DNA of 32,000 nucleotides from Christensenella sp. UBA4651 (GTDB taxonomy: Bacteria > Bacillota > Clostridia > Christensenellales > UBA1242). The notes under the pieces were generated by a model, which was not told the origin of the DNA, ran no database searches, and worked only from the letters and a program-made list of their open reading frames with translations. The DNA is taken from positions 1 through 32,000 of the forward strand of contig DHMD01000015.1 of NCBI GenBank assembly GCA_002405615.1, given 5' to 3'. The translations under genes were made by a program, and so were the position numbers. Of the stretch, positions 9,248 to 17,562 are shown in pieces (position 1 is the first letter of the stretch; each line of letters opens with the position of its first letter).

Positions 9248-9256
9248 TGTGGATAA
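9248..9256 (-). promoter_or_regulatory. Perfect-consensus DnaA box
   Basis: TGTGGATAA on plus = TTATCCACA on minus, about 140 bp upstream of dnaA. Confidence 0.65.
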
Positions 9257-9392
9257 CTCGCAAAAAATAAATTAAAAATTTTTGAAAAAAGAGTGTCCTC
9301 TTACTTTACTTTTTGCGTTTTGTGTGCTAGACTTGTCTTATCGTAAAAAAGAGAGATTTTACAGAAGATGAATCCGATAAAAGGGGGAAATT

Positions 9393-10769
9393 ATGCAGGA
9401 ATATATTGACAAACAATGGGCGAAATGCCTAGATGATTTTCCCAAAAAAATCAGTTCTTATGCGATGGATTTGTGGATAAACACCTTGCAACCTATCAAC
9501 ATAGAAAATAATACTCTCGTGCTGGTTGCTCCAACCGATATGTGCCGGCAGCAAATTTATAATATTTATCTCAAAAGAATGCAAGAGGTTTTGCGTGAGC
9601 ATTTTAATCTCGAAAATGTGCATGTGCTTTTGCCTGAGGAAAGGGATGAGTATGTTGAGGCGTTTAATTTGAGTCATCCGAGCGCTGATTCGGTTTTGGA
9701 GAATAAAGCGACAACTACTCAAAATCCTTTTAACCCGAGGTACACTTTTGACAACTTTGTGGTTGGTACAACCAATCAGGTTATATATGCGGCTGCGAGG
9801 GCAGTAGCCGAGTCGCCTGCGGTTAGGTTCAACCCGCTGTTTATATATGGTGCGTCAGGTTTGGGCAAGACTCACTTGCTCCACGCAATCGGTAATTACA
9901 TTTGGGCGCACAAGACGAGTAATCTCAATATTGTGTATGTAACTTGCGAGCAATTTACTAATGCATTTTTGGAGGCGTTGCGTGTCAGCCGTGAGAAAGG
10001 TATGGACTCGTTCCACCGTAGATATAGGCAGGCTGATGTGTTGCTAATTGATGATATTCAGTTTATTAGTAGCAAAAAAGGTGTGCAAGAGGAGTTTTTT
10101 AATACTTTTAATGACCTTTACCAAGCGGGCAAGCAGATTATTATCAGTAGCGACCGACCTCCGAGAGATATTGAAACGCTAGAAGAAAGGCTGCGTTCTC
10201 GTTTCGCTGGGGGCTTTATGCAGGATATTCAGCCGCCTGATTTTGAGACAAGGCTACTCATTATTCAGAAGAAAATTGAGTTGGAGCGGTTTGAGTTTGA
10301 AAAGGGGCTAGATTACGAATTGGCAGAGCGTTTGTCTAACCTAAATATTCGTGAAATGGAAGCGATTTTGCGGAAAATATACTTCTTGGCTAATTTCCAT
10401 GGGAAAGTGGTCGCAACAAAGGCGGATATGGAGGAAGTGCTGCAAAAAGAGGGGACTACTCACGAGCCAACTTTGGATTCGAAACTCACGCCAGACCGTA
10501 TCCTCAATACTGTGTGCAAGTATTTTACCATTGACGAAAAAGATTTGACAGGGCGTAAACGCAACAAGGAGATTGTTGAGCCAAGGCAGATTTGCATTTA
10601 TCTAATGTGGTCGCAACTTGCGATACCGCTAACCACGATTGGGCAGATATTTGGCAGAGACCACACTACAATTATTCACGCTCGTGATAAAATTATGGAG
10701 CAGGTCAAGAGTAGCGGGCAAATGAAGAAAATTCTCAACGATATAAATAATTTGCTGAAAGATTACTGA
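9393..10769 (+). CDS. dnaA: Chromosomal replication initiator protein DnaA
   Basis: NPRYTFDNFVVGTTNQ, GASGLGKTHLLHAIGNYI Walker A, VLLIDDIQFIS Walker B, C-terminal GQIFGRDHTTIIHARDKI DnaA-box-binding signature. Confidence 0.97.
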   Translation: MQEYIDKQWAKCLDDFPKKISSYAMDLWINTLQPINIENNTLVLVAPTDMCRQQIYNIYLKRMQEVLREHFNLENVHVLLPEERDEYVEAFNLSHPSADSVLENKATTTQNPFNPRYTFDNFVVGTTNQVIYAAARAVAESPAVRFNPLFIYGASGLGKTHLLHAIGNYIWAHKTSNLNIVYVTCEQFTNAFLEALRVSREKGMDSFHRRYRQADVLLIDDIQFISSKKGVQEEFFNTFNDLYQAGKQIIISSDRPPRDIETLEERLRSRFAGGFMQDIQPPDFETRLLIIQKKIELERFEFEKGLDYELAERLSNLNIREMEAILRKIYFLANFHGKVVATKADMEEVLQKEGTTHEPTLDSKLTPDRILNTVCKYFTIDEKDLTGRKRNKEIVEPRQICIYLMWSQLAIPLTTIGQIFGRDHTTIIHARDKIMEQVKSSGQMKKILNDINNLLKDY

Positions 10770-10905
10770 TTTTTGGAACGGAGGCAAAATAACAAAACCG
10801 TCCTTATTTTGAGTTGATTTCAAAGTGGGGCGTTTTTTTGTTTCGGTTAGACTTTGTGTGGGATAGGATATGACATAAAAATTTATAAAATGCGGTGAAA
10901 TCCTC

Positions 10906-10935
10906 TTGACAAAATCGATTAACTTATATTATAAT
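10906..10935 (+). promoter_or_regulatory. Near-consensus promoter upstream of tRNA-Gly
   Basis: TTGACA (10906-10911), 18 bp, TATAAT (10930-10935). Confidence 0.65.
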
Positions 10936-10936
10936 T

Positions 10937-10982
10937 GTTTTGATATTTGGCGGCAACTCTCGTCAAATATCAAAACTTTTTT
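10937..10982 (+). terminator. Terminator/attenuator-like hairpin between promoter and tRNA-Gly
   Basis: GTTTTGATATTTG (10937-10949) is perfectly complementary to CAAATATCAAAAC (10964-10976), followed by TTTTTT. Confidence 0.7.
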
Positions 10983-11010
10983 GCTCTTTTTTGGGGGGTA
11001 ACCCCTTTGT

Positions 11011-11084
11011 GCGGGAGTAGCTTAGTGGTAAAGCTCCAGCCTTCCAAGCTGGCCATGAGGGTTCGATTCCCTTCTCTCGCTCCA
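11011..11084 (+). tRNA. tRNA-Gly(TCC)
   Basis: GCGGGAGTAGCTTAGTGGTAAAGCTCCAGCCTTCCAAGCTGGCCATGAGGGTTCGATTCCCTTCTCTCGCTCCA: complete cloverleaf, anticodon TCC, encoded CCA. Confidence 0.97.
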
Positions 11085-11092
11085 ACAAAAAG

Positions 11093-11131
11093 ACACCTCG
11101 ATATGAAAATTCAGGATACGAGGTGTTTTTG
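11093..11131 (+). terminator. Terminator after tRNA-Gly
   Basis: ACACCTCG ... CGAGGTGT followed by TTTT. Confidence 0.65.
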
Positions 11132-11136
11132 CTTTT

Positions 11137-12297
11137 TTATAAGTCAAGTAACTTTTGAATAAATATATCCGCTGTTTCTTTATCAATTTCGATATTTGGG
11201 TTTTCTAGTAATTCGTCAATTTCTTTTCCTATAAATTGGGTTACTCCTTTTGAATTTCTGCCCGCCCAGTGATGAACAATAAGGGTGTTATTTAACAGGT
11301 CTTTACAAAAAACTGGGCAAAGAAGTGTTTTGATATTCTTGTTTTTATCAATGCCAATAAAATATAGTAAATAAACGGAGTTCTTTTTACTTAAAAATTT
11401 CAGTAGTTTATCAATATTGTAAGCTTTCGGGTTAGAATTTAGGAATAATATTTTTGTCTTTATATCGGTTTTCGTTTCGAAAACATTAAAATTTTGATTA
11501 TAATCTCCTAAATCGTTGTGGTTTTTTATGTCGGGCAGTGTTGTGCCATTTAGTAATGCTGTAATCAAAGTATTTTTATAATTACTATCATCATTAGTTA
11601 TAAGGCTTTCTATTAAATTCCCTCTTATGTTTACATTTTCTATGAAAGCGGTAATACAAATTTCATTTTTAACAGCTTGAACTCTATTGAAAAGTTCTTG
11701 ATTAAGTAGTGTGAAATAAGGGGAATTTACAAAACTTTTGCATCGTTGGATTGAATTGAATAAGTTTGTTCGTTCTTCTCCATTTGGCACAAATTTTTTG
11801 CCTATAGGGGATATTTGGTTTGTTGATTCTACTAGACGAGCCAGATTTTCTTCAAATGTATAACAACTATGGATTGCAAACAGTTTTTCAAAATTTTCGG
11901 GTGAATTGTCAAGGTCTTCTATTTTTTTGATAATATCAGAACCATTGAAACTACCTCTGATATTGTCCAACCTTAATTCTTGTGAAGAATGGCTGATTCG
12001 TTTTAGAAATGTTGTATTTGACAAAAATAAAGTATTTTTTTGAGGTAATACTACACAAACTATAAATGGGATTTTATCATATTTTTGCAGGGCTGACAAT
12101 GAAAGGACTGTATTCGCAAAATTTGGAGAACTCGCTTTACAAAATCTGATTGCGAAATTTTCACAATAGAAAACCTTTCTATCTTGAATTAAGTTGAATT
12201 CTGCTCTGATTTTTTGTGATAATGTTGTTTTATCGTTTAGTTTAGCGTTATTGTTAATAAAGGTTACTAATGAGTTAATTATTGAAAAATCTACCAT
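11137..12297 (-). CDS. Probable type II restriction endonuclease (putative PD-(D/E)XK nuclease)
   Basis: 12 bp downstream of and co-oriented with a DNA methyltransferase; C-terminal LPDIKNHNDLGDYNQNFNVFETKTD fits a PD...ExK arrangement. Family not recognised. Confidence 0.6.
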   Translation of the reverse strand: MVDFSIINSLVTFINNNAKLNDKTTLSQKIRAEFNLIQDRKVFYCENFAIRFCKASSPNFANTVLSLSALQKYDKIPFIVCVVLPQKNTLFLSNTTFLKRISHSSQELRLDNIRGSFNGSDIIKKIEDLDNSPENFEKLFAIHSCYTFEENLARLVESTNQISPIGKKFVPNGEERTNLFNSIQRCKSFVNSPYFTLLNQELFNRVQAVKNEICITAFIENVNIRGNLIESLITNDDSNYKNTLITALLNGTTLPDIKNHNDLGDYNQNFNVFETKTDIKTKILFLNSNPKAYNIDKLLKFLSKKNSVYLLYFIGIDKNKNIKTLLCPVFCKDLLNNTLIVHHWAGRNSKGVTQFIGKEIDELLENPNIEIDKETADIFIQKLLDL

Positions 12298-12309
12298 AAT
12301 TTATTTTCT

Positions 12310-13254
12310 TTAGTTTTTCCTTTTGACTTTATTTTGTTCTGATAAGGTATTTCTTTCCCAAAATACTCCGTCTGTATATCCTTGGATACTTTTGTCTTTT
12401 TCAGCAATAGATAAACGGTATTCTGCCCAAGAGCAGTACAAAGGATTTTGTTCTATACCTATGTAATGACGACCGAGTTTTTTTGCAACTACGGATGTTG
12501 TTCCAGAACCCAAAAATGGATCAAAAACGACATCACCAGGGTTGCTGCTGGCTAAGATTAATTTTGCTAATAATTTTTCTGGTTTTTGGGTTGGGTGTGC
12601 CGTATTTTCGGGCATTGACCAGTATGGTATAGATATGTCGTCCCAAAAATTTGAAGGGTAGGTATTTCTATAACGCCCATCTGATGTTTCTTCCCAATCT
12701 TTGGGTTTGCCTTGTTGTTTGTATGGGGCTATTACTTTTCTCCTAGACATAACATCTTTTACGTTAAAAGTATAATTTTTTGATACAGTTGCAAACCAAA
12801 TATCTTCCATACCATTTTTCCAATTCGTTTGAGCCCCGCGTCCTTTTTCCCTTTGCCATGTAATTCTATTGACTATATTAAAATATTGATTTAAAACGTT
12901 GCCTATAAGTAGGCTAGATTGCCAATCACAGCAAACATAGATAGTTGCGGTTGGTTTTAGTAGGGGTAGTACTAATTTAATCCAGTTTTCAGTATATTTT
13001 ACATAATCAGTTTCGTTCAATTTTGAAAATTTCATACCGTGAAAATTTTTATCAAGATTATAACAAGGGTCTGCGATAAGTAAGTCAACGCTTTGAGGAG
13101 GAATGTATTTCATTATTTCGAGAGAATTGCCTACTATTGTTTTATCCAATATGTTATTAATTTCTGTTGGCGACTCGATTTTGACGCATTTTGATAAATA
13201 TTCAGAACCTTGTTCTATTCCAAAATCAATTGTTTTGTTTTTTGGGGATTTCAT
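12310..13254 (-). CDS. DNA adenine/cytosine-N4 methyltransferase, beta-class order
   Basis: Motif IV-like LIADPCYNL precedes motif I-like HPTQKPEKLLAKLILASSNPGDVVFDPFLGSGTTSVVAKKLGRHYIGIE. Start at ATG after GGAGG; the track ORF extends to 13266. Confidence 0.92.
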   Translation of the reverse strand: MKSPKNKTIDFGIEQGSEYLSKCVKIESPTEINNILDKTIVGNSLEIMKYIPPQSVDLLIADPCYNLDKNFHGMKFSKLNETDYVKYTENWIKLVLPLLKPTATIYVCCDWQSSLLIGNVLNQYFNIVNRITWQREKGRGAQTNWKNGMEDIWFATVSKNYTFNVKDVMSRRKVIAPYKQQGKPKDWEETSDGRYRNTYPSNFWDDISIPYWSMPENTAHPTQKPEKLLAKLILASSNPGDVVFDPFLGSGTTSVVAKKLGRHYIGIEQNPLYCSWAEYRLSIAEKDKSIQGYTDGVFWERNTLSEQNKVKRKN

Positions 13255-13343
13255 TTGTGCCTCCACTAGTTTATTAATTCATTGTATCATAATATTTGAT
13301 TTTTTTCAAGTTGAATAGAGATTGTAGTTTAATTTTGAGTTAA

Positions 13344-14396
13344 TCACTCAAAAAACTGGGAGTTAAAGAGGATTTCGGGGGCGGTGGGGTGAATGGCTTT
13401 CGCTAGATTGTGGTAGGTTTTTGCGAGGGAGAGGTTGTTGAGGTAGTAGTAGCAGATACTCAAATCCACATAAGGGCGGTAGTTGTGGAAGTCTGGTTCT
13501 ATCCAGCCGCTCGTTTCGCTGGGAAGAGTGAGGGCGATTTTGAGCCAGTCGGCGGCAGTGGAATAGCGTTTATCCTGAATTAGCAGCTCGGCGAGGAGGC
13601 AGATAGTTTTTGCTCTCGGTGCGGCGTAGTCGAAACTTTGGATAAGGGATAACCTTGCCTTTTCGTAATTGTGGAGATTGATGTAGCAGTTGGATTTGAT
13701 AATGCAAGCGTCAATTTTGTTCTCTACCCAGCCGCCATTTTCGGTTAAAAATTCGTCCAAGGTGCGGATTGATTTGTGATAATTATTGTTGTAGTACAAT
13801 TCTCTTGCGTAATAATACTTTGCTCGTGGGGACAAAGTTTTGCCCGATTTAAGCAAATTTTTGTAGATGTTTAGATTGCGCTTTTGGGGCGTTGGGCGAA
13901 CTTTTTTATGCTGAATTTCTATGTCGCTATGGATAATTTTGCCTCGTGGAGAAATTGCTTCGTGTACGGGTTCGCACCAAGCGAAGCCACAAACTCTGCG
14001 CAAAATCCTTTCTCGATAGTAATAAAACTCGTTTGGCGGTGGTGAAACAATATATTTTGCCATAATGCAATCGGGTGGAGAATTGGTATCAATATCCTGC
14101 TTTAATTGATTGATTTTTTCGCAATTTTGCGGGTCAATATAGTCGTCTGCGTCCAGCCACATAATGTAATCGCAGGTGCTAAAAGAGAAACTATAATTGC
14201 GTGCCGCACTAAAATCGTTACACCATTTGTAGTTAAAGACTTTGTCGGTATATTGGGTGGCAATGGAGCGGGTTTTGTCCCGACTGCCAGTATCCACAAT
14301 TATGATTTCGTCTGCGAATTTTTGGACGCAGTCTAGGCAACGGGCGAGGACGGCGGCCTCATTTTTTACAATCATACATACACTTAGGCTAATCAT
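13344..14396 (-). CDS. Glycosyltransferase family 2 with C-terminal TPR-like region
   Basis: ISLSVCMIVKNEAAVLARCLDCVQKFADEIIIVDTGSRDKT...MWLDADD; C-terminal tandem helical repeats (KARLSLIQSFDYAAPRAKTICLLAELLIQDKRYSTAADWLKIAL). Confidence 0.88.
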   Translation of the reverse strand: MISLSVCMIVKNEAAVLARCLDCVQKFADEIIIVDTGSRDKTRSIATQYTDKVFNYKWCNDFSAARNYSFSFSTCDYIMWLDADDYIDPQNCEKINQLKQDIDTNSPPDCIMAKYIVSPPPNEFYYYRERILRRVCGFAWCEPVHEAISPRGKIIHSDIEIQHKKVRPTPQKRNLNIYKNLLKSGKTLSPRAKYYYARELYYNNNYHKSIRTLDEFLTENGGWVENKIDACIIKSNCYINLHNYEKARLSLIQSFDYAAPRAKTICLLAELLIQDKRYSTAADWLKIALTLPSETSGWIEPDFHNYRPYVDLSICYYYLNNLSLAKTYHNLAKAIHPTAPEILFNSQFFE

Positions 14397-14422
14397 ATTA
14401 ATTTTATATGAAAGCCGCAGGT

Positions 14423-15412
14423 TTATTGTTCGGGTTTGTCTGTTTCGGGTTCTTTTTTGGTTGCTTTTTGAGGTAAATCTTGGCTCAAAGCGCTAGCGGT
14501 AGTTTCTACTACTGTATTGCTTTCGTCCGTATTAGAGGCGTTTTCAGTAGCGTTTTTCTTCTTGTTTTTGATACACAGAACGATTGTCAAGATTGCGCCG
14601 AAAAGAACAGTTAAGATGATTGCTGTTACATACCACGCAATGCGGTTGTTAGACAAAACATAATTGCGGTAAACTAGAATTTGTGCGGGAGGATTAGCAA
14701 AAGTTCCGCTCCAAAAATGTGCTGAATAGGCAGTGGTTGAATTTGTACCTACGCCCTCGGGAAGCATAATTGTACCAGTTTCGTTAGCGTTTGAGCGGTA
14801 GCCGTTTGATAGTGGGAAGCACTTGATAATATTGAGTTGGATTTTGTCTAGCAGCTGGTCGCAAAGGGTAGCGTTGCCGCCGCAAATGTTAATCCTAAAA
14901 TCCTCGTAAATGGTAGCATATGGGATATAGATACCCAGAGCTTGGGTAGACAATTTGCCGCTGGAATCAAGGAGCGAAGTGTCTTGGACAATGTATCTTG
15001 ATACAAAAAGCCCGTAAACTATTTCTGGTTTGGTGTTGTCTAAGTCTTCTTGGGTAATGCCGTAAAAATTGCAATACGCCTCAAAAGTGGCGAATGAAAC
15101 AGCAAAATTATATGTGTAGGTGCTGCTTGGGTCATAGCCATGCTGGATTTTGACACCAGTCAAATCGAGCCCGTGAGTCCGCATAAAACTCTCTTGTTCT
15201 GCGGCGTAAGTCTGTATTTTCTGCATAATTTGGGTAGGGTTTAGCCCCAAATTCGTGCAGGCGGTGCTATCGACCTTGATTTGATATTCAGTGCTGCGAG
15301 AGCCGTCCTTATAATAAATTGAGTATTGCGTGGCACTGCTGCACCCAGCAAAAAGGAAAATTGAGCAAATGAGCATACAAAAGCAGCAGCCGATAGTCCT
15401 GAGTTTATTCAA
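14423..15412 (-). CDS. Putative lipoprotein with C-terminal transmembrane segment, unknown function
   Basis: Signal peptide with lipobox LFAGC; C-terminal AWYVTAIILTVLFGAILTIVLCIKNKKK membrane anchor; 26 bp upstream of the GT2 gene on the same strand. Confidence 0.6.
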   Translation of the reverse strand: MNKLRTIGCCFCMLICSIFLFAGCSSATQYSIYYKDGSRSTEYQIKVDSTACTNLGLNPTQIMQKIQTYAAEQESFMRTHGLDLTGVKIQHGYDPSSTYTYNFAVSFATFEAYCNFYGITQEDLDNTKPEIVYGLFVSRYIVQDTSLLDSSGKLSTQALGIYIPYATIYEDFRINICGGNATLCDQLLDKIQLNIIKCFPLSNGYRSNANETGTIMLPEGVGTNSTTAYSAHFWSGTFANPPAQILVYRNYVLSNNRIAWYVTAIILTVLFGAILTIVLCIKNKKKNATENASNTDESNTVVETTASALSQDLPQKATKKEPETDKPEQ

Positions 15413-15670
15413 TGTAGTTATCTCCTAGAAATATTATTAACAATATATTACCAAGAATACGCAAAAAAATCAAATATTTTGCTCAACCTTTTTGTGTAGT
15501 ATAGTCTATAAAGTAAGATATGTTTATGTAGAGAATTTGTAAAATATTAAAAAATGGGGGCAAATTTATTTGACACTTATGCGTTTTATTTTGTATAATT
15601 AGACAAAATTATAGTATATTCTTGGTTTTTGGGCAAAAAATACTATTGACTATAATAATAGGAGGGGGAA

Positions 15671-16585
15671 ATGCGTAGTAACACTAGGTCAAAAACTTGG
15701 GCATTGTTTGCGATTTTGTGCGCGGTGGCTTTGGCTGTTGTTTTTTTGTTCGCTGGGTGTGCTAATACCACGAGCAACATAACTACCGACAACACAGGGG
15801 ACACGGGGAATTCTACTACCATTATAGATAATAGGGTGGACGGTGGTTCAAAGTTGGCGGGCGGTTCTGCTACTACCTCGAATGGGGTGTCTACTGCTGT
15901 GCCTGATACTGGTTATGAATTGAGTTATTGGAATAGGACAAAAAACAGTGTAACAGCCAAGTTCGCTACCACACCTACGGTAACTGTTGGGAGTGGAGAG
16001 AGTTATACCCCTGTTTTTGTGCAGACATCTACGATTACACTTGTTAGTACTGCTGCTGAATTAAAAACTGCGATGTCTGGTAACAAGAATATCAAGTTGA
16101 CTGCGGATATTGTAACTACATCGTCTACCTTTACGCCTGTTAGTACATTTAGCGGAGTATTGGACGGTGCTGGACACAAGGTAACTATCAACTATACTTC
16201 GGCTGATACGAATATCGGTGGGTTGTGCTTGACCTTGACTGGCGTTATCAAAAATTTGGTTCTTGACGGCAAAGTCGAGGGTAGCGGTATTAGTGCTGAC
16301 CAATCGGTTGGTGGTTTCGCTAGCGCTATAAATGGTGGTTTGATTTCGCAATGTGCAAACTATGCAGCGGTTTCTACAAAGTCTGGTATTGCGGGTAGTT
16401 TTGTGGCAAAGGCTGCAAACACAACTGCTCGTGGTAGTACTATCAACTCTTGCCAAAACTTCGGCTCAGTTTTGGGTGCTAAGGTAGGTGCGATTATTTT
16501 CTCAAATGGTACTGCTGCTAGTCCGCTAGTTAATTTGGTAAAGAATAAAAATTCGGGCGCAATTCAGACTACAACTATTGCGTAA
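15671..16585 (+). CDS. Putative lipoprotein with beta-helix/GLUG-like repeat region
   Basis: Lipobox LFAGC; GVLDGAGHKVTINYTSADTNIGGLCLTLTGVIKNLVLDGKV...VGGFASAINGGLISQCANYAAV pattern; RBS AGGAGGGGG. Confidence 0.6.
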   Translation: MRSNTRSKTWALFAILCAVALAVVFLFAGCANTTSNITTDNTGDTGNSTTIIDNRVDGGSKLAGGSATTSNGVSTAVPDTGYELSYWNRTKNSVTAKFATTPTVTVGSGESYTPVFVQTSTITLVSTAAELKTAMSGNKNIKLTADIVTTSSTFTPVSTFSGVLDGAGHKVTINYTSADTNIGGLCLTLTGVIKNLVLDGKVEGSGISADQSVGGFASAINGGLISQCANYAAVSTKSGIAGSFVAKAANTTARGSTINSCQNFGSVLGAKVGAIIFSNGTAASPLVNLVKNKNSGAIQTTTIA

Positions 16586-16590
16586 GAAAT

Positions 16591-16624
16591 AAAAAGTATG
16601 TGCTGAATATGGGTACATACTTTT
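16591..16624 (+). terminator. Intrinsic terminator/hairpin
   Basis: AAAAGTATGT ... ACATACTTTT, perfect 10-bp stem. Confidence 0.7.
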
Positions 16625-16673
16625 ATTTTACAAAATAGTGTGATTTTTCGGCAAAAGTTGTAGGGCGCAGTAC

Positions 16674-16702
16674 TTGATTTTTGGTGTTTTATATTATATA
16701 AT
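16674..16702 (+). promoter_or_regulatory. Promoter for sepF-lspA-rluD
   Basis: TTGATT, 17 bp, TATAAT. Confidence 0.6.
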
Positions 16703-16721
16703 ATCAAAAAACGGGGCGAAT

Positions 16722-17069
16722 ATGGGTTTTTGGGATATTATTACTGGCGGTTTTGCTAATAAAACACAACGGCTACAAATGGAAAAGAGTGGGCTAAATA
16801 TTGAGGGGCTTGATTCTAGTAAAATTGGTATTTTTCAGCCGATTACATTTTATGATATCACTCAATTTGTAAAGCGAATGAGCAAAAAAGTGCCGCTAAT
16901 TGTCAATTTTATGGGGTTGAAGCCCTCGGAAGCGGAGCGAAGCCTTGACTTTGTATGTGGGGCTGTGTGTGCTTTGAATGGAAAATTTGAGAAAATTGGG
17001 GAGGGAATTTACTTTTTTGCCCCTCCTAATATGACTTTGGATATGGATAAAAATTACAAAAGGACATAG
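16722..17069 (+). CDS. sepF: Cell division protein SepF
   Basis: MGFWDIITGGF...QPITFYDITQFVKRMSKKVPLIVNFMGLKPSEAERSLDFVCGAVCALNGKFEKIGEGIYFFAP. The track start at 16674 overlaps the promoter. Confidence 0.92.
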   Translation: MGFWDIITGGFANKTQRLQMEKSGLNIEGLDSSKIGIFQPITFYDITQFVKRMSKKVPLIVNFMGLKPSEAERSLDFVCGAVCALNGKFEKIGEGIYFFAPPNMTLDMDKNYKRT

Positions 17070-17070
17070 T

Positions 17071-17556
17071 ATGCAGATAAAATTTTTTTATATACTTTCT
17101 ATTTTGATTATTGCGGGCGACTTGATTACCAAGCATTTTTTGGAGGGCGTTGTCGCTCCGTTTATCCCTAATTTTGTTAGTATTTACAGCGTACACAACT
17201 ACGGGGCGAGTTGGAGCATGTTGAGTGGGGCAACTTGGGTATTCATCGTGATTGCTTGCGTTTTTGTTGTCGGAATGTTGGCGTTTGATATATTTTATAA
17301 GAAAAATTTTAGGGCAAACGGCTGGTACAAGGTGGGCTTTGCTTTATTACTCGGCGGGATATTTGGAAATTTGATTGATAGAATTGCCTTTGGTTATGTG
17401 CGTGATTTTATCAAGCTGGAGTTTATGAGTTTCCCTATATTTAATATTGCGGACATTGCGCTCACTGTCGGGTGTATTTGTTTGGTAATTTGGCTGCTAT
17501 TTTTCGGGATGCGTGGCGAGAAAGAAAAAGAGATGATTAAAGTACAGGAGAAATGA
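17071..17556 (+). CDS. lspA: Lipoprotein signal peptidase (signal peptidase II)
   Basis: AGDLITK, NYGASWSML, GGIFGNLIDRIAFGYVRDFI, FPIFNIADIALTVG conserved LspA boxes with catalytic Asp residues. Confidence 0.96.
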   Translation: MQIKFFYILSILIIAGDLITKHFLEGVVAPFIPNFVSIYSVHNYGASWSMLSGATWVFIVIACVFVVGMLAFDIFYKKNFRANGWYKVGFALLLGGIFGNLIDRIAFGYVRDFIKLEFMSFPIFNIADIALTVGCICLVIWLLFFGMRGEKEKEMIKVQEK

Positions 17557-17562
17557 TTTTTT

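Noticed and set aside
6616-11006. Shared GGGGTAACCC string at about 6619 (DUF1538 leader) and about 10995 (before tRNA-Gly)
   Set aside because: Only about 10 bp shared and different contexts; could be chance, not enough to call a repeat family.
11011-13330. tRNA-Gly as an attachment site for an integrated island carrying the R-M genes
   Set aside because: No integrase and no second copy of the tRNA 3' end (e.g. CTCTCGCTCCA) seen on the far side of the R-M genes.
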